Source: a virus | Taxonomy: Duplodnaviria; Caudoviricetes | IMG/VR virus record: IMGVR_UViG_3300032301_000901 | Location: 1 to 48,485 of that record | Strand: one strand, 5' to 3' | Length of the DNA: 48,485 nucleotides | In this document: positions 17,953-26,256 of the stretch, one piece after another | Numbering within the stretch: the first letter of the stretch is position 1 | How the letters are laid out: each line of letters opens with the position of its first letter | Position numbers and translations under genes: made by a program | The notes under the pieces: model-generated | Databases searched by the model: none | What the model was told of the DNA's origin: nothing | The model's input: only the letters and a program-made list of their open reading frames with translations

Positions 17953-19542
17953 ATGTCTAATCTATCGACAGAAGTTTTCGGAGATATGAATTATCTCTAT
18001 GAGCACATTGCAAATAGAGATGTACAACAACTTAATGAAAACTCAGATTATTATGATGAAGAATTTACGGAACTTGTAGAAAATATTTTCTATAATATTT
18101 CATATTCAATGGCATCGGAAGGTTATTCTGCAAATGGAATTCTAGATTTCTTATCAAAATCTCCAGAAGAAGAAATTATAGAAAAGTATTTTGATTGCAC
18201 TATTTCTGAAGGATTAGTTTCTGAAGAGTATATTCTTGAGCAGTTAGAAATTATTGATGAAGGTATTGGATCTGCTCTTAAAATTTTAGGAAAGGGAATT
18301 GGAATGGGTGCTAAGGCACTTGCAAGAAATACTGGAACTGCTCTTAAGGGTGCAGGAAGAACTGTTTCAGTTGCAACTCAGAGAGCAATCGGACCTGGTG
18401 CAAGAAAAACAATTAAAGGTGCAGTTGCCAAAGTAAAAGATATTGCTAAGAGTGCTAAGGGAGCATTGACAAGTCCAACCGCTAAAAAAGTTGCTTTAGG
18501 TGCCGCAGCATTGGGTGCTGCTACTGGTGCAGGTTATCTTGGTGGTAGAATGTCAGGATCTGGTGGACAAGGACCTTCACCATTAATTGCAAAACCATCA
18601 GAACAAGCACCTACAACGCCTCCTAAAGCACCAGAAGAATCAAAACCACCTTCCAATAATTCCTCTGGTGGATCGCCTTCTGGGGGCAATGGAGCACCTT
18701 CTAAAGGTGGTGGTGCATCTTCCAATACACCAAAGAAACCAACATTCACAAAACAAACTGGAAATCCCGAAAAGGATATGAAAACTTGGGCGGCCGCTAA
18801 TCCAAAATTAGCAGCTGCCCAGGCGGAAAGAGATAGAACTAGAGGAACTCAACAGAGTGATAATCCCCAATTAAAAGACTTAAAATCAAATCTTCCCATG
18901 AATTCCCCCTCAGTTCAATCTCCTGAAGTTTCTAAACTTGGTAAAGGAAATCAATCATTGGCAGACAATCCTGATGCATTTAAGGCTGCAACACCTCCAG
19001 CACCAAAAGAATCTGATAAGAAGTCTGACAAGAAATCGGAAACAAATGAATCTTATGATGCTTATGATTTAGTTCTTGAGTATTTGTTTGATAATGGACA
19101 TGCAGATACTCTTGCAGAAGCAGAATATCTTATGACCGAACTCGATGAGAGTTTCATTCAGTCACTCGTTGAAACCTATAATGCAAATCTTCTTGCAGAA
19201 GAAGTTACAGAATGGGTAAATGAACTTGTAGAAGAAGGTTATGATCTTTCCGAATACACTTGGGATGATATGGTTGATTATTATTTCACTGAAGCAAGAG
19301 TTGATGCTGGTAAAACAGATGATGAAAAAAGAACAGCAAGAAGTGAAAGAGGCACAGTTGGATATATGCATCCTTTCACAAGAAATTATAAAAAAAGAAA
19401 AGGTGCAAAACCTTTAAGTTCTCCAGGAAAATATTCACAAATGCAACACGATAAAACGCAAGCACAAAGAGAAAGAGATGCTGATGAACAAAGAAGAAGA
19501 GATAGAGGTGCTATGGGTAGAGGAACTTGGGATAAGGATTGA
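17953..19542 (+). CDS. Putative internal virion protein (acidic/basic modular, Pro/Ser-rich linker)
   Basis: Late promoter; EEGYDLSEYTWD module; YDLVLEYLFDNGHADT module. Confidence 0.65.
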   Translation: MSNLSTEVFGDMNYLYEHIANRDVQQLNENSDYYDEEFTELVENIFYNISYSMASEGYSANGILDFLSKSPEEEIIEKYFDCTISEGLVSEEYILEQLEIIDEGIGSALKILGKGIGMGAKALARNTGTALKGAGRTVSVATQRAIGPGARKTIKGAVAKVKDIAKSAKGALTSPTAKKVALGAAALGAATGAGYLGGRMSGSGGQGPSPLIAKPSEQAPTTPPKAPEESKPPSNNSSGGSPSGGNGAPSKGGGASSNTPKKPTFTKQTGNPEKDMKTWAAANPKLAAAQAERDRTRGTQQSDNPQLKDLKSNLPMNSPSVQSPEVSKLGKGNQSLADNPDAFKAATPPAPKESDKKSDKKSETNESYDAYDLVLEYLFDNGHADTLAEAEYLMTELDESFIQSLVETYNANLLAEEVTEWVNELVEEGYDLSEYTWDDMVDYYFTEARVDAGKTDDEKRTARSERGTVGYMHPFTRNYKKRKGAKPLSSPGKYSQMQHDKTQAQRERDADEQRRRDRGAMGRGTWDKD

Positions 19543-19647
19543 TTGAATTATAACATCTTAAAGGGGGGGGCTTGACAAGTCTCCTTTTTTTGTGTAGACT
19601 AGGTTTGTCCCGATTGAAGATAAATAATAGCTCTATAAGATTATTAA

Positions 19648-19758
19648 ATGATCTATGAGAATCCATGGAAATTCAATGGGGAAATATTTGAATCAGATCA
19701 TATAGAAGATTATTTTGGATTTGTTTACTTAATAGAATGTGAAGATAATATTTATTAA
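19648..19758 (+). pseudogene. 5' remnant of a GIY-YIG-like conserved cyanophage gene (MIYENPWKFNGEIFESDHIEDYFGFVYLIEC...)
   Basis: 36-aa ORF aligns by eye with the N-terminus of 20592..21011 (WKYN...GFVYLI). It stops exactly at the end of the antisense endonuclease gene. Confidence 0.65.
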
Positions 19759-20496
19759 TTATCCAATTCTAATTCTATTTTTAGTGTCTATTCCCTTCTT
19801 TTTTTGATATCTTGATAATCCACCAGAATTAGAAATATATTCAGTTACTATACATTTCCATTTTTGTTGATTTGTTTTTTTAACATTTTCACTTCTTTCT
19901 TCTTTTGTAAGGCCACATATACCTAACTTTAATCTTTTATTTCTTTCTCCGTTTTTTATTCCCAATAAATGTTTTTCTTCTTTCGTCATAGAAAATAATC
20001 CCAACTCATTGTCTCTTAATTTTTCTCCTTGAATCTTGGATATATTTTTTCTTGTTTCTGAATCTATTGAAAATACTCCAGTTTTATTAATAAAACTTAA
20101 ATGACCAACTTTTTTTGCTACTTTTAATTTTTCTTCTTTTGATAGTTTGAAACAACCTATATTTGATTCAAATACATATTTTCCCGATTTTCTGCTTGAA
20201 GATAATGAAATTTTACCTCCACAATTTTCATTAAGACACCATTTATCAATATTATAAAATGGTTTGATTAATTGTTTTTCAACTTCTTGCGATTCTATCC
20301 AACCTTCATCAGTATAATCAAATAGTTGAAGTATTTGTTTCTTTGGTGTATAAAAATCCCAACACCACTTATGTGTTACTGGTGTTCCAACATAATATTC
20401 ATCAAACTTTTTTTCCTTATGAACTCCATAATAGTAATATGGAACTTCTTCAAAGGTAATTTTATATAAGTAAATTCTTGGACTTTGTGAAGTCAT
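19759..20496 (-). CDS. GIY-YIG-like homing endonuclease
   Basis: RIYLYKITF...YYYYGVH...E...CLNEN module and G-x-F-x-x-x-KEE repeats; paralogue of 28836..29354. Confidence 0.8.
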   Translation of the reverse strand: MTSQSPRIYLYKITFEEVPYYYYGVHKEKKFDEYYVGTPVTHKWCWDFYTPKKQILQLFDYTDEGWIESQEVEKQLIKPFYNIDKWCLNENCGGKISLSSSRKSGKYVFESNIGCFKLSKEEKLKVAKKVGHLSFINKTGVFSIDSETRKNISKIQGEKLRDNELGLFSMTKEEKHLLGIKNGERNKRLKLGICGLTKEERSENVKKTNQQKWKCIVTEYISNSGGLSRYQKKKGIDTKNRIRIG

Positions 20497-20502
20497 TTCT
20501 AT

Positions 20503-20586
20503 TCTGTCGAAACTGCATTACTATTTATAATAGAAAAGGTGCCAGAAAGCACCTAATCTGTCCGTAGAGATTGCAGTTTCAACAGA
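20503..20586 (-). promoter_or_regulatory. Stem + terminator-like hairpin + late promoter cassette upstream of endonuclease
   Basis: Arms 20504-20517 and 20572-20585 pair with one G-U; inner hairpin AGGTGC/GCACCT with T run; TATAAATA on minus strand at 20522-20529. Confidence 0.75.
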
Positions 20587-20591
20587 CATTT

Positions 20592-21011
20592 CTATTTATC
20601 GCAATGTTCTACTAGACTATAAATTCTATCAATTTCCGTTGAAAAATATTTACCTTCTATATTTGTATTATAATAGTCTTCACTCATAAGTACATTGCGA
20701 TTGAATTGTTCATAAGTTTCATAATAACTCATAGATTTCTTATGGTGACATAGATATAATATTTCCTTTATGAATTTATCATTACCAAGATTTTTTATAT
20801 CTACTTTAAGTTCATCGCAAGAACTTAAATATTCTCTCCAATCACTTTCTTTCTTTTTTCTTCTTCCAGTTTTTCTATCTTTTTGACGAGTCCAAAAATG
20901 TTTTTTGCCGACATATTTTTTGTTATTTGTGAGATTTGTTATTAGATAAACAAATCCTTCCATTTCTTTAGGAACTTCAATAAAATCTTCTTCATTATAT
21001 TTCCATTCCAT
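20592..21011 (-). CDS. GIY-YIG-like protein (conserved T4-like family, GFVY...YVGKK)
   Basis: GFVYLITNLTNNKKYVGKKHFW...ESDWREYLSS...E...YYNTNI. Confidence 0.8.
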   Translation of the reverse strand: MEWKYNEEDFIEVPKEMEGFVYLITNLTNNKKYVGKKHFWTRQKDRKTGRRKKKESDWREYLSSCDELKVDIKNLGNDKFIKEILYLCHHKKSMSYYETYEQFNRNVLMSEDYYNTNIEGKYFSTEIDRIYSLVEHCDK

Positions 21012-21136
21012 AAAAATACTTTCTTCCGTTAAAATTATTTATGAAAAATACTTTTGGTCATTTAGAACACCAAAAGGATACTTTGCCAAAATTGTCGAGT
21101 AGTGCTAGAATAAAAAGGTCAATACCTCTAAATACT

Positions 21137-21319
21137 ATGGTTACCTTGGAACAGACTCTTCGGACATCACATGATTGGGCAGTTGACCGTATTCATTCTC
21201 TCTGTGAGCAAAAGGATTACGGAGATGCTCAGGCAATTCAATCCGAATTTAGTGAATGGTTGAATCCGGATATTGCTGATCATGCTATTTTTTCAGTTAC
21301 TTATGAGGACAATAAATGA
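21137..21319 (+). CDS. Hypothetical protein
   Basis: MVTLEQTLRTSHDWAVDRIH...; upstream TTGCCA-N17-TAGAAT promoter (21083-21111). Confidence 0.6.
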   Translation: MVTLEQTLRTSHDWAVDRIHSLCEQKDYGDAQAIQSEFSEWLNPDIADHAIFSVTYEDNK

Positions 21320-22011
21320 AAATTGATTTACATAACTTTTTTAAGAACTATGATGCAAAAAATCCAAAGCATGTTGCTGCGGTAGAGCAACTTGAAGTTG
21401 ATTTGGGCAATTCTCCACTATTGGATGATACCTCAAATTGGATAAGGATTTATAGAACCAAAGTAGAACCACCGAAATCTTCTATTCGGTTGAATGTTCC
21501 TTACTACCCGCAGACTGATAACTTTGTTGATGCTTCTCGCACTTGTAATAGCTCTAGTTGTGCTATGGTTTTGGAATACTTCAAACCAGGCACACTAAAG
21601 GGAGCACAAGGGGATGATGAATATATTAGAACAGTATTTTCTATTGGTGATACGACAGATCACGAAGTTCAAACCAAGGCACTTTCTGCTTATGGAATAT
21701 CTTCTGAGTTTAGGTATAATCTTGGGTTCCCAGATATTGATCGTGAGTTATCTGCTGGGCATCCCGTGGTTATTGGTATTCTTCACAGAGGTACTTTATC
21801 TTTTCCTACTGGTGGGCATATGGTGTGTTTAATTGGAAAGACTGCTGATGGAAACTCATACATATGCAACGATCCATATGGTAGTTTAAATACTGGTTAT
21901 TCTGGTCCAGTAGAAGAAGGTAAAGGTGTAGTATATTCTAAAGAAGTTCTTAAGTATCGTTGGTTAGAAGGTGGTAAAGACAAAACTGGTTGGGGAAGGA
22001 TTTTTAAATGA
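21316..22011 (+). CDS. Peptidase C39-like protein (putative cell-wall lytic enzyme)
   Basis: [11 protein letters not shown]...TCNSSSCAM (Cys), GGHMV (His), CNDPYG (Asp). Confidence 0.85.
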   Translation: MKIDLHNFFKNYDAKNPKHVAAVEQLEVDLGNSPLLDDTSNWIRIYRTKVEPPKSSIRLNVPYYPQTDNFVDASRTCNSSSCAMVLEYFKPGTLKGAQGDDEYIRTVFSIGDTTDHEVQTKALSAYGISSEFRYNLGFPDIDRELSAGHPVVIGILHRGTLSFPTGGHMVCLIGKTADGNSYICNDPYGSLNTGYSGPVEEGKGVVYSKEVLKYRWLEGGKDKTGWGRIFK

Positions 22012-22682
22012 CTATTAACTTTTTAGATGCGATTAAGTATAACAAAAATACTCCAGAGCAACTGAAAGCATGGGAGTATCTTCAAAAGCATGTAGCACCT
22101 GAGATTCTGGAAGAGTTTGCAAAACTCTATAGAACAAAACCACCAGTTTATGGTATGCAACTTGTTTCAAAAGAACAACTTGCATTCATCTGGGGGTGCA
22201 GTACTAAACTCATTCAAGATACTGAGATTGTTGAATTGAATAAGTGCCTGAAGACTTTTGAGATTACTACTCCTTCTCGTATTCGTCATTTTCTTTCACA
22301 GATTTCTCATGAGTCTGGTGGTGGAAGATATAAAATGGAATTAGCATCCGGTGATGCTTATGAAGGTCGTGATGATCTTGGAAATACTCAATCTGGCGAT
22401 GGTCCAAGATATAAAGGTGCAGGTTATATTCAATTAACCGGTAGAGCAAACTATCAGGCATTTGCCAACTACATCAAGGATCCGGAAGTGATGAGTGGTG
22501 TATCATATGTTGCTACTCGGTATCCATTTAGCAGTGCAGGTTACTGGTGGCATTTCAATCAAATGAATACCTTATGTGATAAAAATCCAACCGTAGACCA
22601 GGTTACTCTCAGAGTCAACGGTGGATATAATGGTCTTGATGATCGTAAGATGTATTACAAGAGATGCTGTAATGTAATCTAA
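22008..22682 (+). CDS. GH19 chitinase-like endolysin
   Basis: [47 protein letters not shown]. Confidence 0.9.
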   Translation: MTINFLDAIKYNKNTPEQLKAWEYLQKHVAPEILEEFAKLYRTKPPVYGMQLVSKEQLAFIWGCSTKLIQDTEIVELNKCLKTFEITTPSRIRHFLSQISHESGGGRYKMELASGDAYEGRDDLGNTQSGDGPRYKGAGYIQLTGRANYQAFANYIKDPEVMSGVSYVATRYPFSSAGYWWHFNQMNTLCDKNPTVDQVTLRVNGGYNGLDDRKMYYKRCCNVI

Positions 22683-22867
22683 TTTTCTTGATTGCGTATC
22701 CAGTCTTTTAATCTATAAACATATTGACGGAGATACTCGGCTTGTTCTTCATGCCAAGTATCTCCTGTTTTTATGTAAATGTCTGTATGATTATCTATCG
22801 CCTTTAAAATTCTATGAATTGGTCCATTCCAACACTCTCTGTCTGGAGTATTCCATTCCCTTGGCAT
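22679..22867 (-). CDS. Small hypothetical protein
   Basis: [18 protein letters not shown]...; clean ORF convergent with the endolysin; CATAAATA upstream on the minus strand. Confidence 0.6.
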   Translation of the reverse strand: MPREWNTPDRECWNGPIHRILKAIDNHTDIYIKTGDTWHEEQAEYLRQYVYRLKDWIRNQEN

Positions 22868-22979
22868 AATTTGAAATGGGTTGTTGAATTATTTATGATT
22901 TACTTGACAAAACCTAAATAATAACTTATTATGAGAAATCCCTAACATTAGGGATAATATTATGAGATTTTGAGTGCGA

Positions 22980-23052
22980 CTTAGAGCCGTGGGTAATGCC
23001 TCCCGAGAGGGTGTGGAAATTCTCCTTTACCTATACGGATGCCGAATTCTAT
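22980..23052 (+). ncRNA. Structured 5' leader RNA upstream of the tail lysozyme gene
   Basis: GC-rich stretch downstream of TTGACA-N17-TATTAT. CCGU+GGGUAA pairs with UUACCU+ACGG; inner CCC-GAGA-GGG GNRA hairpin; UAGAG/UUCUA outer pairing. Confidence 0.45.
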
Positions 23053-23060
23053 TAAACTTA

Positions 23061-23735
23061 ATGCTATTTTCAACAATTACATCCCTTTCATTTACTGTGG
23101 CATCTGCCTTCAGTTCATCTTTGCTTCTACCAGTCTATGCTCCATCAGTTCCAGAAATATCAACAGATACTCTAGAACTGACTATTCAAGATTACAAGAA
23201 GCAGTCAGAAACCAAATCTAAACAATTGAATATTAAGGAGCATACTGCTCAAACAGAGGTCGAAAAAAAGGAAAAGATTTGGAAATGTAAAGGGTGTAAT
23301 CAACACGAGTCTTATGCTTTAGAGTATCTTCAAAAGAAGGGAATCAAGGATAAGAACGCACTTGCCACTATTCTTGGAAATATCAAACAGGAATCAAACT
23401 TTATTCCTAATATTTGCGAGGGTGGAGCAAGAGTTAATTATGAGTCTTGTGGGTCTGGTGGATTTGGAATAATCCAGTTTACTTCTGCGGATCGTTATTA
23501 CGGTCTTGGTAGATTTGCTCGTAGTACTGGAACAAGTCCATCTTCAATTGAGGGACAACTTCAATATATGATGACTGAACCACAATGGAAGCAGATTGAA
23601 TATCAAATGAAAACTCCCGGTAGGAGTATTGATGGATATATGAACCTTGCATATCGTTGGATTGGTTGGGGCATTATCGGAGCAAGAACTCAATTTGCAT
23701 ATAATTATGTAAATAGGATGGTTCAGGAAGGTTAG
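23061..23735 (+). CDS. Phage tail lysozyme-like protein with hydrophobic N-terminus
   Basis: ATILGNIKQESNF...GFGIIQFT...GQLQY lysozyme-like motifs. Confidence 0.78.
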   Translation: MLFSTITSLSFTVASAFSSSLLLPVYAPSVPEISTDTLELTIQDYKKQSETKSKQLNIKEHTAQTEVEKKEKIWKCKGCNQHESYALEYLQKKGIKDKNALATILGNIKQESNFIPNICEGGARVNYESCGSGGFGIIQFTSADRYYGLGRFARSTGTSPSSIEGQLQYMMTEPQWKQIEYQMKTPGRSIDGYMNLAYRWIGWGIIGARTQFAYNYVNRMVQEG

Positions 23736-23805
23736 AGTTCTGGGAGGTTTATTGCTTCCCTTTTTACATATATAAACACATACCTTATTATATTAAAGGA
23801 AAATC

Positions 23806-24000
23806 ATGTCAGAAACAGTACAACAACTTCTAGATGCCGTAGAGGCATGGAAAATTGAGGACGAAAAGTTTGTTGCAGGAAATAATGCTGCAGGAACTCG
23901 TGCTCGTAAATCTCTTCAAGAAATTTCTAAACTTGTAAAAGAGCGTCGTAATGATATTACTGCCGAAAAGAATTCCCGTAAGGAAGCATCGGCTGGTTGA
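23806..24000 (+). CDS. Small basic protein (Hc1 histone-like family)
   Basis: KFVAGNNAAGTRARKSLQEISKLVKERR; AAGGA RBS. Confidence 0.7.
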   Translation: MSETVQQLLDAVEAWKIEDEKFVAGNNAAGTRARKSLQEISKLVKERRNDITAEKNSRKEASAG

Positions 24001-24028
24001 TATATATGGGGAGATACACTCCCCTTTT

Positions 24029-24427
24029 ATGGAATTTAATTTTCAATTTGGAAAGAAACCAAAGACTATTTTTAGATATGCAATCATTGGAGTGATATTT
24101 ACTTCTTTGGTGACGGGAGTATCTCAGTGTACTCATATTCCGGAAGAAAGAATTTATGATATAGTGGATCAAGTTCAAAGAAAACTACCTGGAAAACCTT
24201 TGAATGATTATATTATCAATGATCCGGTGCTCTTGGATCGTAGAGTGCATCGGGATGTGGACAGAGCAATTAGTGATTATGAACGCTTGACGGGGGACGA
24301 TGGGAGTGCTATGATAAGGGGACCGAAGTTGGTTGAGAGACCACCAGACGGTAGCAAAGCACAGGAACTACTTGGTGGTGAAATGCGTCTTTGTGCTCCT
24401 TGGGTTGACGACTGTCCTAAGGAGTGA
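24029..24427 (+). CDS. Hypothetical membrane-anchored protein
   Basis: MEFNFQFGKK followed by a hydrophobic segment and SQC. Confidence 0.6.
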   Translation: MEFNFQFGKKPKTIFRYAIIGVIFTSLVTGVSQCTHIPEERIYDIVDQVQRKLPGKPLNDYIINDPVLLDRRVHRDVDRAISDYERLTGDDGSAMIRGPKLVERPPDGSKAQELLGGEMRLCAPWVDDCPKE

Positions 24428-24441
24428 TATAATAGTCTCAT

Positions 24442-24513
24442 GGGCTCATAGTTAAAAGGATATAACCCGATTCTTCTAAAATTGTGTTCCTGGTTCGATT
24501 CCAGGTGAGCCTG
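24442..24513 (+). tRNA. tRNA-Arg(TCT)
   Basis: GGGCTCA/TGAGCCT acceptor; CGATT-CT-TCT-AA-AATTG anticodon arm; CCTGG-TTCGATT-CCAGG T arm. Confidence 0.9.
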
Positions 24514-24561
24514 TTGACTTTTATAAAAAAGTCTTATAAATAAAACATATTCATCAAAACA

Positions 24562-24663
24562 ATGACTTACCCGCTGCCCACAAAACAGATTAGTAATCTT
24601 GATTGCCGTTATTGGCATATTGAGGGTACTCCCCTGTTTGTGGATATGGTAGGTCAAATGTAA
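24562..24663 (+). CDS. Small ORF (33 aa, MTYPLPTKQISNLDCRYWHIEG...)
   Basis: Lies between TATAAATA (24535-24542) and a terminator-like hairpin at about 24690-24722. Confidence 0.4.
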   Translation: MTYPLPTKQISNLDCRYWHIEGTPLFVDMVGQM

Positions 24664-24849
24664 GAACTAACCATAAAAACAAATAGATTAGGGGAGAAAC
24701 CAAAAGGTTCCTCCCCTTTTTTATTGCTTGTGACAGTTGTGCGAGTGTCCCTAATGTTCCCCACAGACCTCAAATCGTGGTATTCTAAGGGAGTGGTGAG
24801 GGAATCAGTCCTCTTGAACCTTGAAAACTTAATATTTTCCATATTATTT

Positions 24850-24922
24850 GGGTACGTAACTCAGCTGGTAGAGTAGCGGGCTTTTAACCTGTAAGTCGTC
24901 GGTTCGAACCCGACCGTACCCA
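24850..24922 (+). tRNA. tRNA-Lys(TTT)
   Basis: GGGTACG/CGTACCC acceptor; GCGGG-CT-TTT-AA-CCTGT; GTCGG-TTCGAAC-CCGAC. Confidence 0.93.
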
Positions 24923-24926
24923 TCGT

Positions 24927-25015
24927 GGGAGAGTGTCTACTGTTGGCAACGTAGTACCAGTCTGTAAAACTGGAGTGGTTTTTTAACCTCGGGGGTTCAA
25001 TTCCCTCCTCTCCCA
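24927..25015 (+). tRNA. tRNA-Tyr(GTA)
   Basis: GGGAGAG/CTCTCCC acceptor; CCAGT-CT-GTA-AA-ACTGG; long variable arm; T loop TTCAATT. Confidence 0.88.
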
Positions 25016-25019
25016 CCTT

Positions 25020-25091
25020 GACCCTATGATGAAGTGGTTATCATACTTCTCTGTCTAAGAAGAATCACGAGTTCGAATCTCGTATGGCACC
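25020..25091 (+). pseudogene. tRNA-Asp(GTC) with non-pairing acceptor stem (pseudo or chimeric tRNA)
   Basis: D arm, anticodon arm (CTTCT-CT-GTC-TA-AGAAG) and T arm are intact, but 5' GACCCTA faces 3' ATGGCAC instead of TAGGGTC. Confidence 0.75.
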
Positions 25092-25093
25092 CC

Positions 25094-25165
25094 GCCCTAT
25101 AAGCATTGAGGCGATGCAGCGGTTTTGTAAACCGCAGAGGATGGTTCAATTTCCGTCATAGGGCT
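25094..25165 (+). tRNA. tRNA-Thr(TGT)
   Basis: GCCCTAT/ATAGGGC acceptor; GCGGT-TT-TGT-AA-ACCGC; 8-nt T loop. Confidence 0.82.
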
Positions 25166-25193
25166 TGACATAATACTCGTTATGTCTTATACT
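25165..25193 (+). promoter_or_regulatory. Sigma70-type promoter TTGACA-N17-TATACT
   Basis: Near-consensus -35 (25165-25170) and -10 (25188-25193). Confidence 0.75.
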
Positions 25194-25217
25194 TCAGAGG
25201 TGTGAAGGAAGTACGCT

Positions 25218-25287
25218 GAGAGTGATGCCAAAAGTAAGGCACCCCGATAAGGGATACAGTAGAAGGATGCGAAACCTTCCACTCTCA
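25218..25287 (+). ncRNA. tRNA-like cloverleaf ncRNA with aberrant anticodon and T arms
   Basis: GAGAGTG/CACTCTC+A closing stem; GCC-AAAAGTAA-GGC; CCC-CGATAA-GGG; GAAGG-ATGCGAAA-CCTTC. Confidence 0.6.
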
Positions 25288-25293
25288 CAAAAT

Positions 25294-25365
25294 GCGTCCG
25301 TAGTTTAGCGGTACAAATCTCTGGTTTCCACCCAGAAGTCGGGGTTTCGACTACCCCCGGACGCT
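25294..25365 (+). tRNA. tRNA-Gly(TCC)
   Basis: GCGTCCG/CGGACGC acceptor; TCTGG-TT-TCC-AC-CCAGA; GGGGT-TTCGACT-ACCCC. Confidence 0.88.
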
Positions 25366-25390
25366 TATAAATATTTCAAAAAGAAGTGTA

Positions 25391-25981
25391 ATGGAAAAAT
25401 TATATAAACTCATTAGTGATGTGCAGGCAAATCTGTTTGTACTTTTTCATAAGACATGGGTTTTTCATTGGAACGTGGTAGGTCCTGATTTTCAACAACT
25501 TCATACTCTCTTTGGTGGACAGTATGAAACAATGTTTGAAGAGATTGATCGTATCAGCGAGCACATGCGTTATATGAATGTCCGCCCAATTGGAACTCTT
25601 ACAAGAATGGTTGAAGTTGCAACAGTTGGTGAAGGATCTAATACATCCCAAATTGATGAAATGGGACAAAAACAAATTATTCCTGGCAAACCAATTACAA
25701 AATCTGATGAGATGATAAAGCGTTTGATGGTCGATAACATTACATTAATTGAACTATTGACTGGATTATCTGAGGAAGCGGAGTTGCAGAAGCAATATGC
25801 AACTGCCAATCTTGCACAGGATATTATGGAATCTCATGGCAAGTTTGTTTGGATGTTAAGATCATTTACTGAAAAAACTGCTAAACTTTCAATCGAAGAT
25901 TCTGAACAAACGCCAATAACTGTACCAGAGGAACAACCAGTAGATCCATATCAAGTACAACCATTTGTACAGCAACAATAA
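25391..25981 (+). CDS. dps: Dps-family ferritin-like DNA protection protein
   Basis: FHWNVVGPDFQQLHTLF...EEIDRISEHM ferroxidase signature; HGKFVWML. Confidence 0.9.
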   Translation: MEKLYKLISDVQANLFVLFHKTWVFHWNVVGPDFQQLHTLFGGQYETMFEEIDRISEHMRYMNVRPIGTLTRMVEVATVGEGSNTSQIDEMGQKQIIPGKPITKSDEMIKRLMVDNITLIELLTGLSEEAELQKQYATANLAQDIMESHGKFVWMLRSFTEKTAKLSIEDSEQTPITVPEEQPVDPYQVQPFVQQQ

Positions 25982-25994
25982 ATTTTATAATAAA

Positions 25995-26252
25995 ATGGAA
26001 AATTTACGTATTCGTTGCAAATCATGCAACAGAGAAATTGAAGGTCATCCAACAAAAACAGTTGCCTGTGGATGTTCAAATATGGCAACTATTTGTGGAG
26101 ATAAAATCACGGCAGTTGACTTGAGTGGTGTTGTTATGCTAAACTCTACTCATGTTAAAATTAAGTCTAATATTCTTACAAACGAAGACCTTGCCTTTCA
26201 GGAAGCAAGGAGGCAACGTAAAGTGAGGCGATTGGATTTTGAAGTCCGTTGA
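25995..26252 (+). CDS. Small Zn-ribbon hypothetical protein
   Basis: CKSC...CGC motif; C-terminal RRQRKVRRLDFEVR. Confidence 0.7.
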   Translation: MENLRIRCKSCNREIEGHPTKTVACGCSNMATICGDKITAVDLSGVVMLNSTHVKIKSNILTNEDLAFQEARRQRKVRRLDFEVR

Positions 26253-26256
26253 GGAC

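Noticed and set aside
21041-21136. N-terminal extension of ORF 21041..21319
   Set aside because: The region holds a gene remnant in another frame and a sigma70 promoter; ATG 21137 is the more plausible start.
25200-25290. Hammerhead ribozyme (CTGAGAG ... CGAAAC)
   Set aside because: The core is not CUGANGA, and these bases are better explained by the cloverleaf stems.
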